Shown: piece by piece, positions 41,601-55,300 of the stretch
How the letters are laid out: each line of letters opens with the position of its first letter
Position numbering within the stretch: the first letter of the stretch is position 1
Origin: Lytechinus pictus
Lineage: Eukaryota
DNA: 64,000 nucleotides
Direction: 5' to 3'
NCBI RefSeq assembly: GCF_037042905.1
Contig: NC_087245.1
Location: forward strand, 9,178,001-9,242,000
The notes under the pieces: generated by a model
Database searches by the model: none
Told to the model about the DNA's origin: nothing
What the model saw: only the letters and a program-made list of their open reading frames with translations
Program-made: the position numbers and the translations under genes

Positions 41601-44600
41601 TCAGCGGCAATATTTGACGCAGCTCAAGGAGCTGCGGCAAATGACAATTTCTGCGGCAATATTGCCGCAGAAACAGCTTTTTCATCAAAATACCAACAAT
41701 TTTGAGGGCCTAAGAGCCATATTGGTCAATTTTTTGATGATTTTGATTTGATAAATTGCTTTTTGTCATTCTAAATAGAAAATACATGTATTTTTACTCA
41801 TTGACAAATAAAAAGTAGATATTTATTGAATCATCATTCATTCTTTTTAAAGTCAAATTTATTTCAATAAATAGATACAGAGGGAACATACATTGCGTTC
41901 CTGCAAATTTACACTTTCAAAAAAGCTTTCCTTTATCCTGTAAAAGAATGAACAAATGATGTCTCATTTTGTAAAAGATGTTTCCTCATTGGCTTTTGAG
42001 TTTTAATTAAATTCATTTCATAAGTGCTGTTGTTGCTGCTGCTGTTGGTTTTTGCTGATGTGTTTGTTGAAACTCTTGCTGAAGTTGTGGTTGCTGTTAA
42101 TGTTCCCGGAGTGGTTGTTGGACATCTTGATGTTGTTGAGGTTGCCGGTGTGGTTTTTGCACCTCCTGCAGAAATTGTTTATGCTGCTGTTGTTGTTGCT
42201 CCTGCTGCTGTTCATGTGATTGAAGTACCTGAAATAGAAATTAATTCATAATGCATATAAGCAAGATACCAAAGTTATTCCTAATTTCATTTTCATTGTT
42301 AACCCTTAATAGACTGGGGGGGGGGGGGGTGGAGGCACCTTTCGATACTTTGCAAGATTTCTCAAAATGGACAAGATCCTCAGGCGCCCCCGGGATGATC
42401 TACCAGAATAGCCTCACCTAGTAAGGTTTATTAACAGGATTTTGTACTCCTTACATTCAGTTGATTTTGCATCAACTCAATTCATCAAATGAATGTAAAG
42501 GGTCTACCAGTAAAAAAAATTATGTGAGCTTCTTCGGGTAATCTACCTGAGTCCTATTACTCCTTTACTGACAAATTAATAATTAAAAATATGATGAAGT
42601 GAATAACTAGCATCTATGTCTTTGCAGTAATTTGACATGTTGCATCTTAGGTGGTAGTGGTGGGGGTCAATAATTATAGAAATGCAGAATATTCATGTAC
42701 CACTTTGGCAAGAGAAAGCAAGTCACATTATCTACCAATGATTGATATTGGTTTGTTGTTTTTGCAGCTGTAAAAGAAATATCATATATCAATTTAACAC
42801 TTGACGAAGAGCAAATCAAGAAGACAAAAATCATTCAAATTGTTATCATGTGACATACTTCCTATGCCAAAGTGAATCAGAATTATAATCAAGAGTGTTT
42901 AACTTACAGGTGATATCACATTTCTAGGCTCTTTGAATGGCTCTCCGAACCCTTCAGTCGTTGATTTTGGCATGGCTTTCTGATACTATCTTGTGTCTTT
43001 CTGGAAATGTGGACAAAGCCTCACCTGAAGGAATAAATTAAATTGAAATTTTCAAAAAATGTTTGGCACTTTTTTCTCTCACATGTATACATTGCATGTA
43101 TATCAAAAGAAAATAAGAGGAAACGTCATTTGACTACTAAGTTTTTATCATGGGGGGGGGGGGGTAAAGGGATCAAGATGGGTTAATATGATGAACAAAA
43201 ATGCAAACATGCAACAATAGATAATATATAAGGAATATCTGGTTGAGAAACATCACTTCATATGCTATGCAATTGTTCCTCATAATTTATCTTGCACACA
43301 CATGTACACGTAGTGAGGATGGGTGAGGGAGAGAGAGCGAGCGTTGTCATCGTACATGCAAAAAGTATTAAATCCATCACTGGTGTATAGATGAGGGGGC
43401 AATGCCTCCCCCCCCCCCCAATGTTTCATGACCAAGAAAAAAAAAGGGAATGGGAAAGGGTGAAATAGTCTATTATTTTCTGATTACATCAAAATCTTTC
43501 TAAAAATTTGATTTCTGTATTTAAAAGTTCAACAATTTTGCTCACTCCCTTCGCTCTCTTGCATCTTTGGAGAACTTTTGTTCCATCCACCATATTTAGC
43601 CCTCTCAAAATATTTGGCTCATTACGCCACTGAAATCCATTGTAAGAATTTTATATTTTAATGTAAACCTAATCTAACCCTAATAAGACTGCCAGGGTAT
43701 TTTGGAGGCAGGAAAGATGGGCGGAAGGGGGGTGGGGGCCCTCAAGATCTTGACCGTTAATTGCGCAATTGTGAAAAAATGCAACATGCCTGTCACAGAT
43801 GAAAAAATTGTATATTTGATCGTTCTAAAATTATTTAAATTTATTTGTAATTAATAAATTTTACTTATTCATGCATGAAATTAGAATTTGGCTGGAAATC
43901 TATAAACAAAGCCCTCGGCTTGAAGTGTTTTTTTTTTGGTTCAGACACATAAACGTTAAATGATATCAAATTCCATTCATCTGTTGTTTTTTTTTCTGAA
44001 GTATTTCTTTGTTGTTTTTTTTTACTTTTTTTTTATATTGTTGACAAAATTTTCTGATCATAAGCAACTTGAAAGTAATTGATTTTAATCAGTAAAAATA
44101 AAAATTACCGGTATGATACAATTATGAATTTTGGCTAGAAACAGAATTTGCATTGGATTTGTTCATGAAATCACATTTTAAAGTAATTCTGACATGTACT
44201 TACACAACGTTGCGTAATTACAGAACCGGGTACCCACGTGTCACAAATTTTGTCTGAAAACTCATGAATCTTTAAAAAAAAAGGCATATAATGACGCGGC
44301 ACCATCTTTCACGTTGTGGATTTATCGCGAAAATTTTTGAGCCCCCCCCCCCCCCACCGCCTTTTTACGGTTAAATCAGATTGCACATCATGATGGGTTT
44401 TACTGATATTCATTCTGCAACCCATATTTCAAAGACTATCCATCATATCTGACATTGATTTTTACCTGTGGCTGCATGTTAGTCTCTGCTTTTCTACAAC
44501 TGTGGCCAAATATTCTGCAACAAGTTCATTAGATGGGCCCTTGGCATTTTTCTTATTGTAGGAGACCGGCAAGCCCTGGCTTTGAAGTTCCTTGTCTATC

Positions 44601-46322
44601 CTTCTCCAGCTGAAATATCTGGTCAGTTGAGGACTTGGGGGCTTTGTGTCAGGAGTGGTCTTGGTAGTGGCGGTGGCAATGGTGATGGCAGTGGCAGAAG
44701 CAGACTTGGTGGTGGTGGCATTAGTAGCACTGATGGTGGTGGCAGCAGTGGTGGTGGTGACTGCAATTGCAGCATTGTTGATGGTGGTATACGCCTCATC
44801 ACGACCAACATTTGCTCCTGCTGCCATCTATTATGTTTTAAGTAGAATAAACATTAAAACATTTGATTATTAACACATCAACTTCAGAACACTAGTATAT
44901 TGATAATAAAACTTGTAGATATAGCAGTCAAAGCATAAAATGAACTTCCACAGAAGAGTACATGTACCTTCTTCTAATAGAATTTCAGACCACCTTGAGG
45001 ATGTTATGCTCAAAGCAAGGTTTTTATTTGACAACATTGGTCAAAGAGGAACATGGATTTAAATCTCAGAATACAACTCGTATCATTGGTTGATCAATAG
45101 TACTGTACAATACCCCATTCAGATATACGTTGACCAATTATTTCTTGTTGAAACACATATGTCTTTGTTAAAAATCTTGTAGGGTATAGAGAGCATGCTG
45201 ATTCTATAGCTATCAGTGTTGTGTACCGAGGACGGCCTCGGGACCAGAATTTGCGTCCTCGGCCTCGAAGCCTGATGTCTCGACCTCGGTCGCTCTGTCT
45301 TGATGTCTCGGCTCCGAGGCCTGACAAATGCAGTCATTTCCAGCACATAAATTGTGTCCATCATCAACGCAATGTGAATTTCTAATGCACACACTATTAT
45401 TAGATCTAGATTCCACCCCACCCCCCCCCCCTCTCTATAGATTATACCGGTAATATATATATATTTTGCCTGTTTTTTTAATTTATTCTATTTATTTATT
45501 TTCAATTTTTTACATTCATTTATTCATTTATTTATTTTTCTTGAGGGGGGGTCAATGGTCAATTGAATTCAACAAAAAAACATGCAAATTTTTTTAGCGG
45601 TCTCTGTCTCGGCTGACCCAGCCTAGGATACAACACTAATAGTTATGCATTTAGATATGATTCACACATAGAAGTGTTGTATTGTCTAAATTTAAAAAAA
45701 AAATGGTCTATTGAGAGACACATTCCTAACGTCGATGCATAAACTGTAAGCTCAAAAAAGCAAAAGTAGCCCCGGTATCGATCTGTCATTTTGTTTTCAA
45801 TTTTGAAAGCAGGAGAACGAAAGCGACATAACTTTCGCCTTTTTTGAGCTTACACTTTATGCATCGACGATAGTATTGTGTCTCGATAGATCTTCATCAA
45901 TGTAATAGAGGCAAGTGCATAATTTTCCCCCTTTAATTTGGGGTGATATGGTGACCACAATTCTACCCCATTTGTCTGCCAACTAGCGCTAGCCCAGGAG
46001 CTGTCCGTGTAATACACGGGCAGCTCCTGGGCTGCAGCCCGTACAGCGGGCCGCAGTTGCCTGGGTTACTCGAAATCTATCACAAAATCAGATTTTGTAT
46101 AGAGTCTAGATCTAGAAGTACTTAGATCCTCTAAAAAAGGCCCAAATTTTTGCTAACTGACTCACAGCTTTCAAAAAAAAAAAATTTTGCCTTTTTTTTA
46201 TTACTGTCTGGCCACCAAACTGTTTATACTCGCAAGCCACCCACCCCCCTGAAAACTAAAAGAAAAACAATCCCTCACAGTTACAGAGTACAATATTTGT
46301 GACAGTCACCCCCCCCCCCCCC

Positions 46323-46357
<35 letters not shown>

Positions 46358-49300
46358 ATGCCAAAGCCGAGGCCAAACATGAGCGTGAATACCAATCAAC
46401 ACCCATCAATGCTCCTCGATTCTTGACTGTATTTTTGTCGCCCACAACAACCCAAGCCACAAAAAAATAAAGGCTCACTCTCACACAGCTGTTCACATAT
46501 CGCACTGAATTAGGTAATTAAAGACTAAAGTCAGAAAGAAAGACAGATGCAACTCAAGTCGCAACGCCGCTCATTCGAGCTCCACCCCGGCCCCACACAC
46601 ATCAACACTACTGCCGTGTACTACGCCGAAGCTCCGGGATAGCGACCACTCGGCATCTCGATGATGCCTCCACGATATCCCCGGGCAAAATGCATTTTTA
46701 CCTCGTAGAAAACGATGGAAATATGATATGTATTATCAATGTCATTCTTTTGGAAGTGATTTATTTACTACTTTATCAAATGATGTAATAATTGAATAAA
46801 TACAATAATTAGAAAGTACTTACATCTCCGATTCAAATTTTACTTCAATTCTGTCACCATCAACATTTTATCGCAGACGACGTGTGTGAAGAAAAAAACC
46901 GGCTGTTAGCTGCAAATCAGGCTCGTTCACGAACTATTTTTCATTTATTTATTTTTATTTACGATAACAATTTGTTATTGCTTTTATGAAACGGATATTT
47001 GCAACTATGACAAGTTGCCATTGCAATAACAAGATTTGTCATAGATATGGGAGATGTTACAGTTGCAAGTCAAAAGTTTTATGAAACGGGCCCCTGATCT
47101 TCATTAAATTCACCCAATATGGAATATTGTTATCCTCTTGCAAATAGCCAAAAACTTGCAATGTACAACTCACTTTCACATGCGACTGCAATTAATAAAG
47201 TCATCCAGGGGAGTGTAACACAAACATTAGCGATCAATCGCTAAATGAAATGACCAATCAAGATCATTGTTACTAGCGCATTTGGCTCAAAATACTGACC
47301 AGTAACCAATCAGAAGCTTTCTTTCATATTTGCTATTCATCACAAAGTTTTGTGTTGCGGGCCCAGATGGTATCTTACCCCTTCGGCTGAATGAAAAAAT
47401 TGGTCTTTGCACCATGGCCTTCCATTATCTTCTTCTTTTTCGTCTTGTTTGAAATGTGGTCTCTGTATGAGATGCCAAGGTATCTTCTAAAACTTCTCAT
47501 CTCCATGGACTGTATCTTTTTCTCAGTTTCTGTTTTTAATGTCCTTGACTCACATACATTTAAAATATGGACAGGACCAGGGAACGTAAGTCTGATCTTT
47601 GATCTTAGGGCTATAATAGTGCAATGCTGATGTCTGGGCTGTCCATGAGGGACTTATTTGCTTACATTTTCTACTGTTCATTATAAAGCAGATTTCAGTT
47701 GAGACAATTTATTCATTTGACTTCTATTCATTTGTTAGTTTGTTAAATTTAAATTGGTGACTCTCTCTCTCTCAGTATCAATACTGTTTTCATGAGCAAC
47801 CTGGTACATAAAATGATACACAGAAAATTGAGCAAATTTATAAAGAAATATGTATATGATTGACTGTTTGTATCTTTTTAGGTTATATCAATGGTAGGTG
47901 TTTGGGTGTATCATTCTAAATAAAGTAATTTAATAATCATTTTGATGTGATTTGTATTACTTCCCAGTACAAGATTGATATCTTACGCCTTGGAGCACAG
48001 CATAACATCCATCCTGAATTGAGAGATTTCTCCGATAGCAAACTAATGAAGGAAGCATCGGGCGTATCACAACTGGCTACACAGATGGAGAGAAAGGTAT
48101 GAAGTCATTCAGTCTCTTTTCATTTAGTAGTAAAATATTTAATGCTTATTGGAACAAGCTAATGCATACATACCAACATTGAGAAATCTGAACAGCCTTC
48201 TTGGGAGTGAAGGGAACAAGCGCAGTGTGAATGCGTAAGAGGGTGTGCCCCCTCCAACAGACGTTTTGCACTTCTTACTTTGCAATGTGAGCCATACTCT
48301 AATGACTATTATATGCAACACTTATGCCCATATTAAAGCTGAATTGATGTGTAAAATTAGATGAAGTGGGCTATTGACTCTTAATCAGTTCTAGTAAAAT
48401 TACATTTAGGATCCAAATTTGATTGTGCAGGAAATCCAGGTTCACCATGTATATGAAATCAAAGTAGAATTGTTATTATGCATAAAATGGTGTACGAGGA
48501 AAAAAAAAAGATTTGGGGTTTCTGACATAAATGTAGACATTTACTGCATTGAATCTGGGTAGAAGCACTTCATTATGACACAAGGCCTAGCCAGTCTCTA
48601 GCACATATTGACACTGATCAAATACTCAGTTAACATACATTTTGTGTCCTCCTACTATTAAGATTTTGACAAGTAAGTTGCACTCTTTGATTCCTTCAGT
48701 AATCCCTTTGGATGAGACAGAGAGAAACATGCACTCCTCATGGCTTGCACATCCATCGTGTGGCACATCAATGCCATTTAGGGGTGCAGTTCCCATGCTC
48801 GAACTATGCTTGATTTTTTTTTCGTCTGTGAGAGATAATTTTCTGTCACAATCATTAGTGCTATGGGATATTGTAAGAACAGTCATCACTTTACTGAGAA
48901 GTTATTCTTGTTAAGTTATTCTTGTATGAATCTCCAAGCTGACCAGTCTTGAAGCACTTCTGATATATTCTCATCTCATTGCTCTTCTCTTACTCTGTCA
49001 AGCAGATCATCCATGATGTAGAATGAACTCCCCTTGAATTTTGTGGCATTACCTAGAACCACAACCTTGTGGTTGTAATGGAGATACCTTGCTTCTGATT
49101 GGGTGTTATTGTGAAATCGCAGATACACTGTGTACACACTGATGTTTAATATCCTCAATATCTATTCATTGGTCAGCCCAAACTTATTTATTGTATAGTC
49201 AAAATGAATTTACAATACACGAACATAATCATAATTTGACATAATAAAGTACATTATCATGTAACAATTTGAGAATAGAGGTGTGATAACATAATTTAGA

Positions 49301-52300
49301 CAATATTTTTTTAGCACAAGACACATTGAAGTACAATACTGTAAGCACAAGATATAGTGATGAAATAAAAAATGCAGAGAACAACTTGAGTCATAGCAAC
49401 CATGAATGGATGGGCTACATGGAAACCAATTAAATTACTCCGGTCTATACGAAAAAAGGATTCTCCTTCTCAGACTTTTCCAGAATGCCCATGATTACAA
49501 TACTCTCATGGCAAACAAAGGTGGAGATTCAATTCCCCTTTGTCCAACTGTTCTGTTTTATTTATGTGTCAAAAAGAGGAAACTACTTCAGATGCTTGGT
49601 TTGTTCTGCTTAGAATTTAAGTGCTTCTGAACCCTTTTTCCTGTATTTTCCACATGTACATGCTGTGAAATGTTCTTTCATCTTACTCCATATGCGAGTA
49701 TATTTTCAATAGCTTTTCAATAGATGGAAGTAATTGGGGGCTCTCCAACGTTCCGTAGCAGAACCATCCCTTCTCCTGACGATGTGGTCCGTTTGGTTGC
49801 AGTATACAACTAGTTGATGTAGAACTTTTATTTTTCATTTCTGGCTCTTTGCTTCTTCTTAACCTCAATTACATCTGTGGAGACACAAAACCGACCCACA
49901 ATACTGCACAACCATGTCAAATCCCCTCAACACAGCACAACCATGTCGAAGGCAGCAGTACCATGCATGGTTTTCTTTTAATTCTAGGAAGACCATACAC
50001 AGTACTTGTTATTCAGTCTTTCCAAATTTCCTGTCATTCCAGTATTTGTAGTATTTTTAAGTTCCAATATTTTTAGTATTATTCCAATACTCCCGTATTT
50101 CAAATTTTGATTTCTCCAATATTCCAGTAATTCTTCTTTCTCAACCATGAATTCTGTCGCCCAATTTGAACACAGAAATGATGGCACTCATATAGCTGAA
50201 ATACTGTATTTCTGTATAAAGTTCACTAGAACATGCTGACCCTGGCACAGCAGGTAACAAAAATCTTTGGACAGAATATCATGTAGAATCTCTTCCAATG
50301 ACATGCTTAATGCATGCCAAAGAACCTAGCATGAAGCAAGATTGAATTGATCAGGCTCAATGATTCCAGAGGCCGCTTATCGGGCCATATACTTTGAGCT
50401 TATTTTTAAAGATTAGTAAAAAAAAAATGATTTCAGCAACAATCATGGCTGTTTATACTTTTCTTTATGATTAAACCATGCAGAATAATCCATTTCAATT
50501 TCAAATTATTCAACAATATGAAATACAGAAAATTCATAGTGAACTTACATGTGATCAGAAAAAATAAACACCATGATAGGACTGGGACCATAAATAAGGC
50601 AAATTGCTTGTAACAAATGGCCAAGAATACAAAATTACAAGCTACAAACAAAATGTAAATTTCAAAATATGTCAAATTCCATCTGCAAACACATGCAAGC
50701 ACACACACAAACCCTGATAATGTTATAGATTTCTAAGTAAATAATTCCTACAGTCTTTTAAAACAGGATAGTGTTGTACATTCTTGAGAGAATTTGGAAG
50801 CTGATTCCACTTTTCTTATACCAATAAAAGCTAGAGAATTTAGAGAGGAAAAAAGTTTCATTATAGGAACATGGAAATTATCATTTTTTTGAGTAGCATA
50901 TGAATGAATATTGGAATTGAGAGTAAATATATTACAATATTTCAATGGAAAATCCCATTCTTAGGCAAGTATCTAAAGATTTGATTATTAAAGGTCAAGT
51001 CCACCCCAGACAAAAGTTGATTTGAATAAATAGAGAAAAATCAAACATGAATAATGCTGAAAACTTAATTAAAATCGGATGTAATATAAAAAAGTTATGA
51101 CATTGTAAAGTTTTGCTTATTTTTCACAAATCAGATCTATGCTCAACCCAGTGATATGCAAATGAGAGAGTTGATGATGTCACCCACTCACTATTTCTTT
51201 TGTTCTTTATTGTTTGAATTATACAATATTTCAATTTTTACGAATTTGACAATTAGGACCCCCTTGCTTGAACCACAAAATGTTAAAATAATGGAATTCC
51301 ACCTGTTCAGGGAGGAATGAAACTTTGTTTCACATGACAATGACGAGAAAATCAAAATATTTAATATAATAAAATACAAAAGAAATAGTGAGTAGGTGAT
51401 GTCATCGGTCCCCTCATTTGCATACCTAACAGGATGTGCATATAACTGTTTTGAGAAATTAGACAACACCCAAAAATGTTGTAACTTTCTTATTTTACAT
51501 CCGATTTTGATGAAATTTTCAGTGTTATGCTTGTTTGATTTTTCTCTTTCTATTCAAATTAGCCTTTTGTTGGGGTGGACTTGTCCTTTAACAGTGATTA
51601 GTTCATGCAAAGGCAAAATATTGTGTGAAAAGGGGTTTACTTGCACTTTGCATGTTGGACTTTGTAATTAATCAGATCAATTTTTTCTGTAGGTTATGTG
51701 GTGTTTGGAAGTGAGATTTATAGGTATTACCCCAAGTGTAGTTACAGTAATTCAGATATGTCAAGATAAGGCTATAATATAGGATATTTAAAACTTTAGC
51801 TGGTAATATGAACTATGTAAAGATGCACACTAAGTATAACCATAAAGTTCTAAACATTGTTAGTTTGATGTGAATGGCATTTTGAATTTGATTTGAACTC
51901 AGGGTGCATGTCTATTTCAAAGCTCTTTCAAACTTGAATGAACCACTGACCAATCTAAATTATTCTCATTGCATCTCACAGAAAGTAGTTGCAACAACAA
52001 GCTTGGGTATGAAGCATGCCCTCTTCACCCGGCATAGCTTTGATGTGTGTATCGTAGATGAAGCATCTCAGATCAGTCAACCTGTATGTCTAGGACCACT
52101 CTTCTCTGCTTCCAAGTTTGTTCTTGTAGGAGACCAGTGCCAGCTACCACCTCTAGTACAAAGCTCCAGAGCGAGGTTATTGGTCTTTCTTTTATCATAA
52201 GCTCACTATTTGTTTTGCCTCCACCAACCTTCTAAATAATGTTTTAAGGACCACTCAACCATTGTAAATTTTGATGAAAAATTTATGAATTTTTTACCAT

Positions 52301-55300
52301 TCTTGGCTCCTGTTTGGATATGATTTTCCTCTTTCTCTTGTCAACTTAACTGTAAAACCTTGTGGGAAGTACTGTTTCTATCTTATTTTCTGAGCAAAAT
52401 CATCCATATTTTCCATTTACATGGGATGGGAAGTCTATTTTTATGTCCAAAACATCTGCGGATCATTGCTTCTCATGTTCCGTTTCAAAGATCTACAGCA
52501 CAACATAACATGATGTGATAGAAAAGGGTATTATAAATATGCAGTAATATGATACAGTTGAATTATGAGTCTCATCTCACCTTGTGGTAATGGTTGCTCA
52601 GACCAGATATACAGTGGGACAGGTTGTGTGTTGTTGAAGGTTGCAGTAGAGGGCAAGAAGCCCATTCCATGAGGATAGGATTTCAATTATTCTTGCCATT
52701 GGCTTTTAATAATAATCTCAATAAAATGGGGGGAAAAAATAATAATAAAGGTATGCTCAAAAGGGTCTACCTAACTGTAAAACCTTGTGGGAAGTACTGT
52801 TTCTATCTTATTTTCTGAGCAAAATCATCCATATTTTCCATTTACATGGGATGGGAAGTCTATTTTTATGTCCAAAACATCTGCGGATCATTGCTTCTTA
52901 TGTTCCGTTTCAAAGATCTACAGCACAACATAACATGATGTGATAGAAAAGTGTATTATAAATATCCAGTAATATGATACAGTTGAATTATGAGTCTCGT
53001 CTCACCTTGTGGTAATGGTTGCTCAGTTCAGATATACAGTGGAACAGGTTGTGTGTTGTTGAAGGTTGCAGTAGAGGGCAAGAAGCCCAATCCAAGAGGA
53101 TAGGATTTCTATTATTCTTGCCATTGGCTTTTAATAATAATCTCAATAAAATGGGGGAAAAAATAATAATAATGCTACGCTCAAAAGGGTCTACAAAAGA
53201 AAAAAATGTAGGTTACTATTATAGATGTATGTCATTATTATTGTATTGCAAATATCGAAATATTATAATATTTTTTTTTAATTTAATGCGCTATCTTTTG
53301 TTACCATAGGGATCTTGGTATGGATGAAAGCCTCTTCCAGAGACTGGTGTCAGCTCACAGCTCAAATGCTATGAGCCTCAGTCTTCAATTCAGAATGAAC
53401 TATGAAATAATGGCTATATCCAATCACATGGTCTATGATGGAGCAATGAGATGTGGCAATGAGGCAGTTGCCAAAGGAACTGTCTCTTTGCCTAACTGGG
53501 ATACATGGTGTAAGGTAGGTTTTAAATCTTTTAGTTTATTTCTAAGATAATCTGTATTGCAAAAAGGTGATATAATTATAAAGGAATTATTGGAATACTA
53601 GACACCTCTACCTAGCACCATATTTTTTATAGCAATGTACATGGAGACCTCAGGTCAAGTAAGTTTTTTACTTACCCTCATAACAGTCAATTTGCCAAGA
53701 TTTGTGCAACACTTTTGATGTTAACCATATTGTAATATATGGTTTCAAATTGTAATCTTCCAGGTATATGACCATTGGGGAAAACAATATTCAACCAATG
53801 GGGGATTTCTGGTTTTGTGTTGAGAGCTGATGTTGGTTTTGGGCTGACTTTTATACCAGCCATAGCTCTGAACTTGAATTGAAGCTTGTGCTGAGACTCA
53901 TGTCACTAGGTGTTGAACTACATGTATCAATGTATGTATCTTATGCTAATTACATCATATTCTCATAGCGCCCTCCCTCAGAGGATATAGGAATACACGT
54001 AAACAGAGTTGTTAGAGATGCGCCAGCTGCAGATCACCAACGCGCATAAGGCAATAGCTTCGAGCTCTAAGATGGCCATCCGATGACATCAATGCATGAG
54101 GTCAATAGTATTATTAGTACTATTATAATACAGCTATATTCAGTGTTGGAGCTAGGCTAAGCAGCCAGTTTCTCACCCTTAACACAAACACTACTGGAAA
54201 TTATCAATTAAACTGTCACACCTTTATACTTGACTCCAAATCCTTCCCTTGTGCTCTCCTATAGGAATCCTGTGAAGATGCCTGGTTAGAAGATGCAGTA
54301 GATCCTAAAACCGTTGTGTCCTTCCTCAATACTGATCAAGCCTGTGGTCCAACGGATGAAGCGTCTCCAAGCAACACCAATAGGCTTGAAGCCATCCTGG
54401 TCAGGAGTATTGTAAAGAGCCTCATGCAAGTATGTATAGCCTTTTGAAAATAATTTGTGAAATTTTTCCATGTTGTGTACTGACTAATATGAAATTAGCA
54501 AGACAAATTTTATTTTTCCCCCTCCTAAAAATGGTGCCTGTTGCACATGCCCCCTAATAAATAGTGATTCATTTTTAGCCCTGATTATGTTGTCAACCTT
54601 TTCTCTCGTTCAGTTGAAGCTTCTGATTAAAACTGTAACTTAACTTAACTTAACCTAGAATGATTCCTTATTTTGCTGTTATAAGGGATAATGATTTTTC
54701 TATTGAGAGTGTAGAACACTACAAGATGTGTAAACCCAAGTGCAATTTTTTTTTGCAAATTGCAAGACAAGTAATTCTAATAATATCTTACTGTCAACCA
54801 CAGTTTAAACTTAAAGAAAATAATAGCCTAAAATCTTACCTTTATTTTATGTATTGCATCTTTGTTCAGATGATTTTTCTGCTACATACCATTACATATA
54901 TAATAAAATATAAAGGAAAAATTTTCAGCATGAGGTACCCCTTATTATGACCTGCATTGGTATCAGTACACATAATTTTCTGTGTCAATCCATATTTCAT
55001 TCAGGCTGGTTGCACTGCTACTCAAATTGGAGTCATCTCACCATACCGCAGGCAGTGTCAGCTACTCACCTCTACACTCGCCGACCTAGGGTCAAAGGTC
55101 AAATCACTAGAGGTCAACACAGTGGACAAGTACCAAGGTCGTGATAAGGATGTCATTGTTGTGTCTTTCTCTCATAGCACGGCTGATTCTCAGGTATAAC
55201 TTTTCTTTATTCACTGCTAACACATGATAGCTAGTGCCTCGAGCACTTGTCAGAGTAGATAGAAGAACTTGCTAAATTTCATTACATGTATCATTATTGC

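Larger units (their letters stand above)
41457..47093. mobile_element. PIF/Harbinger-type element (5.6 kb), no recognisable transposase, with nested MITEs
   Basis: Perfect 18-bp TIR GGGCCCGTTTCATAAAAC / GTTTTATGAAACGGGCCC; 3-bp CTG TSD; subterminal CTGCGGCAA/TGCCGCAG repeats at 41478-41670. Confidence 0.87.

Noticed and set aside
50748..50970. [14 protein letters not shown] peptide resembling a LINE ORF2 C-terminus
   Set aside because: Too short and decayed to delimit as a feature.
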